DNA of 64,000 bases from Candidatus Latescibacterota bacterium (GTDB lineage: Bacteria > Latescibacterota > UBA2968 > UBA8231): NCBI GenBank assembly GCA_965223905.1, contig CBDCXV010000011.1:448001-512000 (forward strand), written 5' to 3'. The position numbers were made by a program, and so were the translations under genes. The first letter of the stretch is position 1. Each line of letters opens with the position of its first letter. Below the pieces are notes generated by a model. The model was not told the origin of the DNA and made no database searches. It was given only the letters and a program-made list of their open reading frames with translations. Positions 50,107 to 60,382 of this stretch are shown here, one piece after another.

Positions 50107-52319
50107 GGAGGAAGGGCGTCGGCGAGCTGCGCCGCCGGGGACTCCTGACTCTTCTCCTTGCCGGGGGATTTTCGGGGACGCTCTACTCCCTGAGCATCCC
50201 ATCCATCGGCATCGATCTCCTCGCATGGATCTGCCTCGTGCCCGCGATGCTGCTGTACGGCTTGAGGCGGAACATTCCACTCGGCGCGGGCCAAATATTC
50301 CTGATCGGCCTGGGATCCGGCATCGCAGCTGGGGTTGGTCGTATCTACTGGATTGCAGAGACGCTGGTAAACTACGGCGGACTGAACCAGATGCAGGCGC
50401 TGGCATCGACCGCTGCTCTCATTCTCTACCTGGCCCTCTATCCGGCCTTCTTCTTTCTCATATGCCGGTCGTTGCCGTCGAGAAGTCCCACCTTCGGCTG
50501 GCTGGCCGCGTCGGTCTGGGTTCTACTCGACTGGGCCCAGTCCTGGATCCTCACCGGATTCCCCTGGCAGCAGATCGGGTATTCCCAGCATCAGAACCTC
50601 CCCGTGTTGCAGTTCGCATCCGTCGCCGGAATCTACGGTCTCAGCTTCGCCGTAATCCTGGTCAATGCCGCTGTTGCTCAGGTGATCCTGATGCCCCGAC
50701 GACTTCTGTTTTGTGCAGGTCCGGTCCTGATATCGATGGTTGGCCTCTTGGCGTACGGCCATCATCGGCTCGCGACGGTCCCGAACGAACCTACCGCCGC
50801 AGAACAGTCCCGAGTTGCCGTCATCCAGGGCAGCATCCCTCAGGACGCAAAGTGGAAGGCCGACCGGCAGCGGCGAACCACCGACCACTACATCGAGCTG
50901 ACGCACGAATTCATGGAGGAGAACGCCGGCGAAGAATACGACCTGATCGTTTTCCCGGAGACCGCCTTCCCCTACTACCTGACCGACCCGGTTTACGAAG
51001 AGTACAGGGAGCGAGTCGCCGGATTAGCGCGCCAACTGGACACCCCGATACTGGTAGGCAGCCTCGAAGGGCGCAGGGGCGTTGCCGGACATCCGATCTA
51101 CAATCGCGCCTTCCTGATGGATCGGAGGGGCGAACTCGTCGATTCCGCCGACAAGGTTCACCTGGTGCCATTCGGCGAATACCTGCCGCTCCCGCAGCTT
51201 TTCTCATACCTCGATCAACTCACCGCCGAAAGCGGTCGTTTCACCCACGGGAACTCGCATCGCGCCATCGGGCTGCCGGACGGTGATCTTCGCCTCGGCG
51301 TCTTCATCTGCTACGAGTCGATCTTCCCAGAGATCACTCGAACCCTGGCCCTGGACAATGCAAACCTGCTGATAAACACCACCAACGACGCTTGGTTCGG
51401 CCACACCTCCGCACCGTACCAGCACATGGCCATGGCCGCGGTGCGCGCAGTGGAGTGCGGGTTACCCATGGTGCGAGCTGCAAACACCGGAATCTCCGGG
51501 GCAATCGCCCCAAGCGGCAGGGTGCTGGCGGCTACAAACCTGTTCGAAACGACGGCCATTGCGGTCGACCTGCCGCCACCCGCACCAGCGACCTTCTACG
51601 TGCGCCACGGGGATATCCTGTTGCTCCTGTGTGTGCTCGGACTAGCCATTGCGGCTGCAGTCGCCCGGATACGACACGGAGTTGACAGGGACCGCGCCCG
51701 CAAGGAGCTGGCTCGGTACGCCGCTGACCCCCGACCTCTATCCCGGCCACTCGTCCTCCTACACGGGTACGACAGCAGCGCCCGGCGCTGGAAACCGTTT
51801 CTCGACACGGTGCATCGCTGCTTCTCCAACGCCGACACGCAGGTGTTTTTCCCGGACTTGAACCGGGACAAGCCGTTGGCGGAACTCATCGCGCACGTAC
51901 CGATACAGCCGGGTGCCGAAGCCGATTACGTCGGCCACAGCCTCGGGGGCCTTGTTGCGATTCAGCACGCCCGTGAAAACAGCCGCAGCCGCGTATTCGC
52001 GCTGGCGACTCCGTTTCGAGGAACGTGGGTGGCTGCCGTTTCAAAATGGCTACGGCGCAGATTTCCACGGCTTCTCGCCGACCTCGCTCCAGGCAGCGGC
52101 TTTTTGGACAACGCCGAATTCGCCGCGATGGCCGATCGCGTGACCTGCTTCCGAATCGACGGCGATCCGGTGGTTTCACCCGCGTCCGCCATGATCACAT
52201 GCAGCCGACACCAAGCCTATTCCGGTGGTTGGGAGGTATGGTTGCCCGAGCGCCATCGCGCCGTGCTTTCGGACCCCCGAGTACTGAGAGATATCGTCGC
52301 CGCCCTGCGTGAGAGCTGA
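50103..52319 (+). CDS. lnt: Apolipoprotein N-acyltransferase fused to a C-terminal alpha/beta-hydrolase (lipase-like)
   Basis: TGFPW, QGSI, FPETA (E), KVHLVPFGEY (K), ICYES (C), TNDAWFG, RAANTGIS; then LHGY, GHSLGG, TPFRG, DPVV. Confidence 0.9.
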   Translation: MRRKGVGELRRRGLLTLLLAGGFSGTLYSLSIPSIGIDLLAWICLVPAMLLYGLRRNIPLGAGQIFLIGLGSGIAAGVGRIYWIAETLVNYGGLNQMQALASTAALILYLALYPAFFFLICRSLPSRSPTFGWLAASVWVLLDWAQSWILTGFPWQQIGYSQHQNLPVLQFASVAGIYGLSFAVILVNAAVAQVILMPRRLLFCAGPVLISMVGLLAYGHHRLATVPNEPTAAEQSRVAVIQGSIPQDAKWKADRQRRTTDHYIELTHEFMEENAGEEYDLIVFPETAFPYYLTDPVYEEYRERVAGLARQLDTPILVGSLEGRRGVAGHPIYNRAFLMDRRGELVDSADKVHLVPFGEYLPLPQLFSYLDQLTAESGRFTHGNSHRAIGLPDGDLRLGVFICYESIFPEITRTLALDNANLLINTTNDAWFGHTSAPYQHMAMAAVRAVECGLPMVRAANTGISGAIAPSGRVLAATNLFETTAIAVDLPPPAPATFYVRHGDILLLLCVLGLAIAAAVARIRHGVDRDRARKELARYAADPRPLSRPLVLLHGYDSSARRWKPFLDTVHRCFSNADTQVFFPDLNRDKPLAELIAHVPIQPGAEADYVGHSLGGLVAIQHARENSRSRVFALATPFRGTWVAAVSKWLRRRFPRLLADLAPGSGFLDNAEFAAMADRVTCFRIDGDPVVSPASAMITCSRHQAYSGGWEVWLPERHRAVLSDPRVLRDIVAALRES

Positions 52320-52701
52320 TCTGCATTTCCCAAGCAAAAGGCCCAGAGCCCACTGCGAAAATTTGAAGGGATCAGCCGGAGAATCGCCGATTCACAGGTC
52401 GCAGCAGCAGCCCCGGTCCATTGATGATAAGCCGTTCACCCGAGTCTGACGTGAGAACCCCCGGTTCCACAAAGGGTGATCGTAAGGAACCGGATTTGAG
52501 GGATTCCGATCTGGCGGAGCTCCTCCTCTGTCGCCGGATCCCACATCAAAGGCCAAGGCTGCTGGCGGTTTCGTTCCCGGCGCGCACCTTTTCCATTTCG
52601 CGAGCAACCACCTCCTCTGGAATGACCGCACCCCGGCCGAGCAGGTAGCCCTCCACGGACGGCGGGCGGCTTCTTGGCCAACCCGTTCCGCGGTTCTTTC
52701 T

Positions 52702-53829
52702 TTATGCGGAGGAGAACGGCTCGATTACGGGAACGTCCACCCAACGGCGCTCGCTCGCCGCCTTCACCACCATGTCGGCAACCAGCTGCGCCCGCATCCC
52801 GTGGTAGAAGGAGGGCACGCACTCGCGGCCTTCCCTGATGGCGGAAACGAACTCCCAGGCCTGGTCGTAGCGGAAAACGGTCGTCGGGACTCCCTCGTTG
52901 GGATCGCGCAGCGAAGCGGGACGCTTGAGGAATCTTTCTGGAACTGGAACGGTTCTGTACGGGCTGCGGCGTTCCCCGAGCTGAATCTCGTAAGGCGTGT
53001 GCAGGCGATAGGCCCCGGAAGCCCTGGTGCCGTTCAACTCGGCGAGGTCGTGATCTCCCTGCGGCCCGTGTCCCTTGGTCAATTTCCCCATCTCGAACAC
53101 GGCCGTGGCGCCGCTTTCGAACTCGGCGATCCAAGCGACCCAGTCCTCGACGTCCTGGGGAGGACAAGGCTGTCCGGCCTCGGTTCGGTCCCGGCGCGCC
53201 AGCTGCTTCATGTGCGCGCAGACCGAACGAATCGGCCCCAGCAGATGCTCGGCAAAATCGATGCGGTGGATGCCCATGTCGCCGAGCTCACCGGATCCAG
53301 CCCGGTCCTTGTATTGCCGCCAGCCGATGGCATGCTCTCCCCAGTCCTGAAGCCGTTGAAAACGGGCATGCCTTATTTTGCCCAGCTCTCCCGCATCGAC
53401 GAGGTGCTTGAGATAGGTCATTCCCGGGACGAACCGGTAGGTAAATGCGGTCATGTGCCGGCGGCCGGAGCCAGCGGCCATCTCGTAGATCCTGCGGGTC
53501 TCTTCGTAGTTCATTCCTAGAGGCTTCTCGCACAGGACGTGACACCCCGCTCCCAGGGCTTCCTCGATGAGATCCCGGTGCAGATTGTTGGGTGTAGCGA
53601 TGGCGACCGCGTCGAGCTCCGCCTTTTGCAGCGCCTCGGCAAGGGTGGGGTACCCCTCGGCAACCTCCCATTGGCGCAACCTGCTGGCGAGAAGGCCTGG
53701 GTCGGCTTCGACCAGCGCCGCCAACTCCACCCCGGGAATGCGTGAAAAGCCGGGATAGTGAACCTGCTCGCACACCCCCCCTGTCCCCACCAGCCCGACG
53801 CGCAGCGGCCCGTTGCCCGCCGCGGTCAT
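52702..53829 (-). CDS. Gfo/Idh/MocA oxidoreductase
   Basis: GLVGTG, IATPNNLH, HVLCEKP, GDMGIH. Confidence 0.9.
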   Translation of the reverse strand: MTAAGNGPLRVGLVGTGGVCEQVHYPGFSRIPGVELAALVEADPGLLASRLRQWEVAEGYPTLAEALQKAELDAVAIATPNNLHRDLIEEALGAGCHVLCEKPLGMNYEETRRIYEMAAGSGRRHMTAFTYRFVPGMTYLKHLVDAGELGKIRHARFQRLQDWGEHAIGWRQYKDRAGSGELGDMGIHRIDFAEHLLGPIRSVCAHMKQLARRDRTEAGQPCPPQDVEDWVAWIAEFESGATAVFEMGKLTKGHGPQGDHDLAELNGTRASGAYRLHTPYEIQLGERRSPYRTVPVPERFLKRPASLRDPNEGVPTTVFRYDQAWEFVSAIREGRECVPSFYHGMRAQLVADMVVKAASERRWVDVPVIEPFSSA

Positions 53830-54782
53830 GCAGATCCCTCCCCCGCTACCACCGCCGCAGAGGCCCCCTCTCTGAGCTCGCCTTCCCGGCGGAGCAGCCG
53901 GTCCATCATTGCGTGCAGACGGGGCAGGTCCGCCTCGGCGACCGGCTCGGCAAACGGAACCACCGGCCCACCTGCCAGGCCGGCGTACTCCATGGCGGCG
54001 TGCAGGGCGGAAGAGCTGTAGCGGGCGGAGTCCTCGCCGCGCAGGTCTTCGAAGGGAACCATTTCAGCGCGCAGGCTCGCCGCGACCGCGGCCTCCCCGG
54101 CACGAAACGAGCGCAACAGCTCCAGGCTCATTCTGGGGACGAAGTTGGCCATGCCGGAGCTGAACCCGACCGCCCCCGCTTCCAGGTAGGCGATGCAGGG
54201 ATCTTCCGCCATGCCGCAGATCATCGCCGCGTGCGGTGCCGCCTTGGCGGCAATCCTGGAAAACGCGGATAAATCGTCGACCGCGTACTTGAGCCCAACT
54301 ACCTCGTCGAGACGGCAGAGCTCGACGACGTGGTCCACGGGCATGATGTCGAGCCTTCGCTGGTACAGGAGGACGGGCAAGCGGATGCCTCGGGCAAGCT
54401 TCTCCAGACCCGCTTTCGCACCGTTGTCCGAAGCGGGACCGACGATCGGCATGATCATGACGCCGGCGGCACCCGCGGAACGGGCGATGGCGGCCATTTC
54501 CAGCGAGCGCCCGTACCCGGGACCGATTCCCGGCACGACAACAGCCCGGTCAGCTGCCTGATCGACAACGGCGCCGACTACGGTTTCGTACTCCTCCAGG
54601 CTGGCGTCGTACACCAGTCCGGTTCCGCACATCGGCATCAGAAAGCCGGCGCCGCTCGCGATCAGGAACTCGGCGTTGCACCGGGTACCTGCGACGTCGA
54701 GGCGGGCATCCCCCTGCCGGGGAGTTATGGCGACGACCAGAACAGTGGCGCAATCCGCGGCGGTGATTTCGGTTCTTGGCAT
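53826..54782 (-). CDS. DHDPS/NAL-family lyase (5-dehydro-4-deoxyglucarate dehydratase-like)
   Basis: ITP, CGTG, LYQR, VGLKYA, GFSSGMANFVP. Confidence 0.8.
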   Translation of the reverse strand: MPRTEITAADCATVLVVAITPRQGDARLDVAGTRCNAEFLIASGAGFLMPMCGTGLVYDASLEEYETVVGAVVDQAADRAVVVPGIGPGYGRSLEMAAIARSAGAAGVMIMPIVGPASDNGAKAGLEKLARGIRLPVLLYQRRLDIMPVDHVVELCRLDEVVGLKYAVDDLSAFSRIAAKAAPHAAMICGMAEDPCIAYLEAGAVGFSSGMANFVPRMSLELLRSFRAGEAAVAASLRAEMVPFEDLRGEDSARYSSSALHAAMEYAGLAGGPVVPFAEPVAEADLPRLHAMMDRLLRREGELREGASAAVVAGEGSA

Positions 54783-54792
54783 GCGGTCTCTT

Positions 54793-55179
54793 TCACTCCC
54801 ACCTGGTAGAAGAGGTGGTCTCCTTGAAGAGGTTGTACTTCTCGAGGTAATCTTCGCGAGGCGGCGAGAAAATGTCGACGATCCTCACCGGCCCCTCCAC
54901 CACCTCTCCGGAATGAACGACATCGGGAGGAACGATAAAGGCGTCACCCGGGCCGGTAAGCCGTTCCTCGGAGCCGATGCGGAAGCGGAAACTGCCCTGG
55001 AGAACGAAGCCGGCCTGTTCGTGGGGATGACTGTGTTCAGGTATTTCGCAACCCGGCTGGAGATCGAGAAACGACAGCATGATCCCTTCTCCAGCAACTA
55101 TGCCGCTGAATGCCTTGGGGAAAAGCTCCAGCTTGGGAAGCTCCTCTTCTTTTATGAAAGCCATGTCGTCCTTGTCCAT
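54793..55179 (-). CDS. Cupin domain protein
   Basis: HSHPHEQ, PPDVVH, DIFSPPREDY. Confidence 0.88.
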   Translation of the reverse strand: MDKDDMAFIKEEELPKLELFPKAFSGIVAGEGIMLSFLDLQPGCEIPEHSHPHEQAGFVLQGSFRFRIGSEERLTGPGDAFIVPPDVVHSGEVVEGPVRIVDIFSPPREDYLEKYNLFKETTSSTRWE

Positions 55180-55198
55180 GGTTTGGGAAACAGCGGGG

Positions 55199-56545
55199 TC
55201 ACCGGGAGCTGACGAAGGTCCGCAGCCAGGCGTCGCTACGGTAGCGTTTCCACAACGTCACCAACCTCCCGAGCATCAGCACAATGTACGCCAGCCAGGC
55301 TCCCTGCAGCCCCCCTTCGAGCTGGAAAACCAGCAGCCCCACCGCGGGGAGAAAGAAAAGCAGCGCCGCAATGAGCATGGCTCGAGACAGGTAGGCGACG
55401 TCGTTGGCACCGATGAAAATGCCGTCGAACACGAAAACCGCGGCATTCATTGGCTGCGCCAGGGCGAGCATCGGGGTGAGCGGGACGATAGCGGCGACGA
55501 CCTCGCCGTGTTCGGTAAAAACAGCCGCCAGCTCATTCATGCCGATACCGAAGGCCATCGCAAAACAGGACCCTATTCCGATTCCCCACACCATGATGCG
55601 CCTGCAGACCCGGCGGGCGCTCGTGAAATCACCCGCTCCGAGGCTGTTGCCGACCAGGGTCTCGGCGGCGTGGGCAAAGCCGTCCACGGCGTAGCTGACC
55701 AGGCCCCAGATCTGCCAGAGGATGGCGTGGGCCGCCAGTGAAACCTCCCCCAGGCGCGACACGACTGCTAGCAGGAGGAACTGGGAAAACAGGAGGCAGA
55801 GCGTGCGGGCCAGGAGGTAGCTGTTTGTCGATATCTGGTGCCGCATGGCACCGCGGTCGAACAGCTGCCCGACCGCCTGCCGCAGGTAATCCCGGTATTT
55901 CGCAGCCAGTGCCAGAAGGCCGATAGCCAGCCCGACCGCGCTCGACAGCAGGGCCGCCCAGGCGGCGCCGACGACCCCCATTTCCGGCGCCCCCCAGTGG
56001 CCGAAGATCAGGGCGTAATCTGCGGCCACGTTCACCAGGTTGGTGGCGAAGGTGATGTACATCGGAACGAGAACGTTGGCGGTGCCGAGGAAGAACCCGA
56101 TGAGAACGAGAACCGAGAGATTCATCGGCACGCTCCAGATGCGCACGTCGATGTACTGCTGTCCCCAGTAACGGACCTCTTCGCTGCCGCCGGCGAGCTC
56201 GAAACCGATCCAGGTGATCGGTTGCCGCAGCAGCAGGATGGCCGCGGCGATGGCCAGCGCCAGCAGCAGGCCGCGGTACAGACTCTGGGCGCAGGCCCGC
56301 CGGTCGCCGGCGCCGTGGTACTGGGCGACGATCGAAGTCGTCCCCATGCGCAGGAAACCGGCGCCCCAGAAAATGAAATCGAGGATCACGCTCGCCGTGG
56401 CTACCGCACCCAGAAAAGCCACCTGTTCGAGATGTCCTATCATCGCCGTATCGGCGATGCCTATCAGCGGCACCGAGACCGCGGCCAAAAGGTTGGGGAC
56501 CGCCAGTCTGAGGATGCGCCTGTTCAGGGTGAGGGACCCTGCCAT
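55199..56545 (-). CDS. dinF: MATE efflux protein (DinF-like)
   Basis: VPLIGIADTAMIGHL, FLRMGTT, DGFAHAAE, FDGIFIG. Confidence 0.88.
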   Translation of the reverse strand: MAGSLTLNRRILRLAVPNLLAAVSVPLIGIADTAMIGHLEQVAFLGAVATASVILDFIFWGAGFLRMGTTSIVAQYHGAGDRRACAQSLYRGLLLALAIAAAILLLRQPITWIGFELAGGSEEVRYWGQQYIDVRIWSVPMNLSVLVLIGFFLGTANVLVPMYITFATNLVNVAADYALIFGHWGAPEMGVVGAAWAALLSSAVGLAIGLLALAAKYRDYLRQAVGQLFDRGAMRHQISTNSYLLARTLCLLFSQFLLLAVVSRLGEVSLAAHAILWQIWGLVSYAVDGFAHAAETLVGNSLGAGDFTSARRVCRRIMVWGIGIGSCFAMAFGIGMNELAAVFTEHGEVVAAIVPLTPMLALAQPMNAAVFVFDGIFIGANDVAYLSRAMLIAALLFFLPAVGLLVFQLEGGLQGAWLAYIVLMLGRLVTLWKRYRSDAWLRTFVSSR

Positions 56546-56623
56546 CAACGGTCCTCCGCCCCGACGGACTCCCGCACAGATGTGGTGATCATGGGGGGAA
56601 TGCTGACTGACGGAACGGGTGAT

Positions 56624-56947
56624 TCAACAGGTGGGACAGGGATCCGGGCTCCAGCGGAAGCGCCCGAGGTCGACCATCCCGCCCCGGAATTCGATCCCCT
56701 CCAACTCGAGGAGCTGGCGCTGCAGGTCGTGCAGCCTGGTCCGCTTTCTCGCCGACACCCCGCCCCTGGCGTTGATCACGCGGTGCCACGGCAGCTCGAG
56801 CGACTCCGGTATCGCAGCGAGTGCGTACCCGACCTGCCGTGCGTTCCCGCGCAGGCCGGCGAGAGCGGCTACCTGGCCGTAGGTGGCGACCCGTCCATAA
56901 GGGATATCGGCGACAACGGCGTAGATGGCGCGGCGGCTCGGGTGCAT
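56624..56947 (-). CDS. Alkyltransferase-like (ATL/MGMT-family) protein
   Basis: IPYGRVATYGQVA, ARQVG, PWHRV (W replaces the catalytic C). Confidence 0.9.
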   Translation of the reverse strand: MHPSRRAIYAVVADIPYGRVATYGQVAALAGLRGNARQVGYALAAIPESLELPWHRVINARGGVSARKRTRLHDLQRQLLELEGIEFRGGMVDLGRFRWSPDPCPTC

Positions 56948-56950
56948 CCC

Positions 56951-57190
56951 CTACTGGCAGTTCGGCGATTCCGGCTGGTCGGCTCCCTCGAGGAACTCGA
57001 GCGCCTTTGCATAGCTGCGCTTCTCGAGGAAATGCCGGAGCATGGGCGGGGCCTCGGTCCCCAGCTCTCTGCCCAGGTCGTCGATTCTGGCCAGCTTTCT
57101 CGCAATATCCTCCCCTCCTTGCTTCCCGCCACCGGCGATCGACGCCATCATATCGTTCAGGACCGCGTGAAGCTCCTGCAATGAAGCCAT
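56951..57190 (-). CDS. Hypothetical protein (about 79 aa)
   Basis: GGAG RBS; LRHFLEKRSYAKALEFL; in operon. Confidence 0.65.
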   Translation of the reverse strand: MASLQELHAVLNDMMASIAGGGKQGGEDIARKLARIDDLGRELGTEAPPMLRHFLEKRSYAKALEFLEGADQPESPNCQ

Positions 57191-57279
57191 TCTTCTGTTC
57201 TCCAGTGCTGTTTTCGGGCCCCTGTCCGGGCATTTTTCCCCATGTGCGAGTCCTGTCGAGTGGAACACCCGGACAGGCC

Positions 57280-58002
57280 CTAGGCCGCCATGATGAGGTA
57301 GCTGACCCAGTCCCGGTTTGGGTTGGCGATGCTGTACTCGCAGCCGGGAGGGAGGTGAACCATGTCCCCTTCGGTGAAGGCAACCTCTTTCCCTTCGACG
57401 GTGATCACCCCGGAGTTTTCGAGCCCGTAATAAACCTGCTCGAGATCCTCATGTCTGCGCGTCGCCGACCTGCTTTGCGGCTGCACTGCTTCGCGGTCGA
57501 TGAACGCCATGCCGCGAAGACAGCCGGAGTCCCCCTCCCCGAGGGGGCCGAGCTGGTGCCAGCGGATGGCTCCGCCGCCGTCCCCCTGCGGGCTCGCCCG
57601 GCGCCAGTTGCGGATGGCGATGCCGCCGCCGTCCTCCTCGACAGGCATGCTGATCACGTGATGCTCGAGCCAGTCTTCGTTCATGTCGTTGAACATCTGG
57701 TGGTACAGACCCGAGGGCAAATAGACGGCATCGCCGCTCTCGACGGGGAACCGCCTGCCGTCGAACAGGACCTCACCCGACCCGCTAAGGATGTAGTACA
57801 CCTGCTCCAGGCGGTCGTGCTTGTGATGGTCCGAGGTCTTGCGGCCTTGCAGGGCGTGGCGGGCGAAACCGCCCAGCCGGGTCAGGCGATTGCGGTCGTC
57901 GTCGGAATCTCCCCCGTCGCCTGGCCGCAGTCCCCCCCAATGAACGGCGCTCATGTGGGAGATGTCGGGCTGGACTTCTCTCCAGTTCTTCACGTAGGCC
58001 AA
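57280..58002 (-). CDS. Bicupin domain protein
   Basis: Two internal repeats NWR...H..LEQVYY....G...GD.V.LP. Confidence 0.82.
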   Translation of the reverse strand: MAYVKNWREVQPDISHMSAVHWGGLRPGDGGDSDDDRNRLTRLGGFARHALQGRKTSDHHKHDRLEQVYYILSGSGEVLFDGRRFPVESGDAVYLPSGLYHQMFNDMNEDWLEHHVISMPVEEDGGGIAIRNWRRASPQGDGGGAIRWHQLGPLGEGDSGCLRGMAFIDREAVQPQSRSATRRHEDLEQVYYGLENSGVITVEGKEVAFTEGDMVHLPPGCEYSIANPNRDWVSYLIMAA

Positions 58003-58019
58003 ATCAGTCTTCCTATCGG

Positions 58020-58811
58020 TTACAGGGAGGCGATGCGCCGCATGCGCTCTCCCAGGTCGACGAGGGCGGACCGGTCACCCCCGACTTCGTGAATGAGCGA
58101 GGAGGCGTACCCTACGGCGCGGAGTTCCGCCATGACGGTGGGCCAGTCGGTGTCCCCTTCCCCGAGGTTGACGAACCTGTGCCCGGCGCGGTCGAAGTCC
58201 TTCAGGTGCACGCGCACGATGCGCGATCCCAGGGCGCGGATCCAGTGCTCCGGGTACCCGTACGCCATCATGTTTGCTGTATCGAGATAGATGCCGACCC
58301 ACTCGCTGCCCACGGCCTCGACCAGCCTGACCGCCTCGTCCGGACTGAGCAGGAACCTGTTCCACACGTTCTCCAGCCCGATTGCCACCCGGTGTGCCTC
58401 CGCCTCGGTGGCGAGCCGCGTCAGCGCTTCCGTAAGACCGTTCCAGGCTTCCCGGTAGGTGCCCTCGACCGGCAGCTGTCCCGGGTGGAGAAGCGTCGCC
58501 CCGGCACCGAGGGTAGCGGCAATCTCGAGCGCGCGCGATATGCAGCGGCAGCACTGCTCTCTCTCCACTGCCTCCCGGCTCAGCAGGTTCCCCCGCTCGG
58601 AGAGGTTGGCGATCACGCTCGCTATCTCGACACCTGCCCCATCACAACGAGTCGCCACCCTGGCGAGGTCAGGCTCGCTCATATGCACGTCGAGATCCTT
58701 GTCGGGACTGAAGACAAGCTCCAGCGCGTCGTACCCGGCCTCCTGACAAAGCTCGAGTGTATCGTCCAGACTCATCCGACCCAGAACGATCTGTGTTACG
58801 CCGATTTTCAT
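58020..58811 (-). CDS. Sugar-phosphate isomerase/epimerase (TIM barrel)
   Basis: GLENVWNRFL, YLDTAN, VHLKDF, GDTDW. Confidence 0.88.
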   Translation of the reverse strand: MKIGVTQIVLGRMSLDDTLELCQEAGYDALELVFSPDKDLDVHMSEPDLARVATRCDGAGVEIASVIANLSERGNLLSREAVEREQCCRCISRALEIAATLGAGATLLHPGQLPVEGTYREAWNGLTEALTRLATEAEAHRVAIGLENVWNRFLLSPDEAVRLVEAVGSEWVGIYLDTANMMAYGYPEHWIRALGSRIVRVHLKDFDRAGHRFVNLGEGDTDWPTVMAELRAVGYASSLIHEVGGDRSALVDLGERMRRIASL

Positions 58812-59197
58812 CCCCGGATCACCCCGTTCGTTTTACTCGCCCAAACAGAGCAAGCAAATGGCAAACACGTCATGCGGCAAGCCCTCCGACCCTTCGGTGC
58901 CGTGAGGCCGCCGGTTCATCCCGGCCCCGCGACATCGGCCATTTCCCCATCCCGCATGCGATTGCTCCTCCGGGTAGAAGAAGGGTCAGTTGCCGAAATA
59001 GTGGTGAAGAGAAAGGGCTGAAACAGACCCGAGCTGGCCACAAAAAACTTGCGAGGATGACTGTTGTCCCAGGGTTCCGCGAGCCCTGGCAAACTGCTTG
59101 TCGCCCCCTGGAGGTCGCCCTATTTTCACGCCGTCACGCGACATACGGCAATGAGAACCCAGATCGAATTTTCAAACAAGCGCAAGGAGATCGGCAC

Positions 59198-60127
59198 ATG
59201 CCTCGAGTGAATAAATCGAAGTTCCAGATCGGCGTCGTCGGAGTCGGCCGCATGGGCGCCAACATCGCCAGGCACCTCAAGGACTCCGGTTTTCCGGTCA
59301 CCGTCCTCTACGACGTCAAGCCTTCCCTGGCAACCCGGCTCGCCAAGGAGCTGGAAGCGAAGGCAGTGAAAAAGCTGGCGAACGTCACCGCGGCCGCCAA
59401 CACGATCATCACCGTGGTTACCGATGACAAGGCGATGCGCACGATCTTCTCGCAAAGCGGCGACAGCCTGCTCGTCGGGGCGGAGAACAGGACGTTCATC
59501 AATTGCGCCACCATTACACCCGACGTCCATCGCGAGATCGAGAAACGGGCTGCCAAAGTCGGTGCATCCGCGCTCGAGGGGTGTATGGCGAGCAGCATCA
59601 CGCAGGCCCGGGAGGGGACCCTCTACCTGATGTGCGGCGGAGAGCGCGAGGTTTTCGACAGGGTTCTGCCGGTGCTGAAATCCATGAGCAAAGCCTTGCG
59701 CTACATCGGCCCCACAGGCCAGGCAGCCGAAGTCAAGGCGCTCGTCAACATGGTGATGAACATCAACACCGCGGGTCTGGCCGAAGGTCTCGGACTCGGA
59801 AAAGCGCTCGGTCTCGACCTGGAGATGCTCATGGAGGTCTTCTCCCAGACCGGGGCCAACTCGAGGGTGCTCGAGACCGACGGAGAAGACATGGTGGCTC
59901 GCGATCACGAGTGCTACTTCTCTGCCGCCCACGCGGCCAAGGACTCCGGCATAGCCCTGTCCGTGGGGCGCAAGGCAGGCCTGGATCTGCCGTTGGCGCG
60001 CACGACAAAAAACCAGTTCGACCGCATGATAAAGATCGGCAAGGGGGAACTCGACAAGTCCGGTGTGGCGGAACTCACCTTCCCGGGCCGCTCGGGAACC
60101 CGGAAACAGAAAAAGAAAAAAAGCTGA
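59198..60127 (+). CDS. NAD(P)-dependent beta-hydroxyacid dehydrogenase
   Basis: GVVGVGRMG, VKALVN; ATG follows AAGGAG. Confidence 0.88.
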   Translation: MPRVNKSKFQIGVVGVGRMGANIARHLKDSGFPVTVLYDVKPSLATRLAKELEAKAVKKLANVTAAANTIITVVTDDKAMRTIFSQSGDSLLVGAENRTFINCATITPDVHREIEKRAAKVGASALEGCMASSITQAREGTLYLMCGGEREVFDRVLPVLKSMSKALRYIGPTGQAAEVKALVNMVMNINTAGLAEGLGLGKALGLDLEMLMEVFSQTGANSRVLETDGEDMVARDHECYFSAAHAAKDSGIALSVGRKAGLDLPLARTTKNQFDRMIKIGKGELDKSGVAELTFPGRSGTRKQKKKKS

Positions 60128-60382
60128 GCCTGCCCGAATTCGATTTGCAGGCGAGATCGAGGACAAGAACCGGACTCTGCAGGTGAATACCTGGCTCCTG
60201 GTCGGAATCCTGCTTCCTGCGACGGCGCCACGGACCGCCTTGTACCGGCACGGGCGGCGCGAACACATCCCAACGGTGTTGGAATATAGATAGGAAGCCT
60301 GATTGATCGCCGAGTGATGGGTGACGGACGGAGTAAATCCCGTCCGTCCGACTTCGGGCAGTGTGGTGGGGTTCAGACTGGT

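Noticed and set aside
52392-52631. Small minus-strand ORF ending GCCCDL, possible peptide precursor
   Set aside because: Poor start/RBS spacing, no modifying enzymes nearby, atypical codon use
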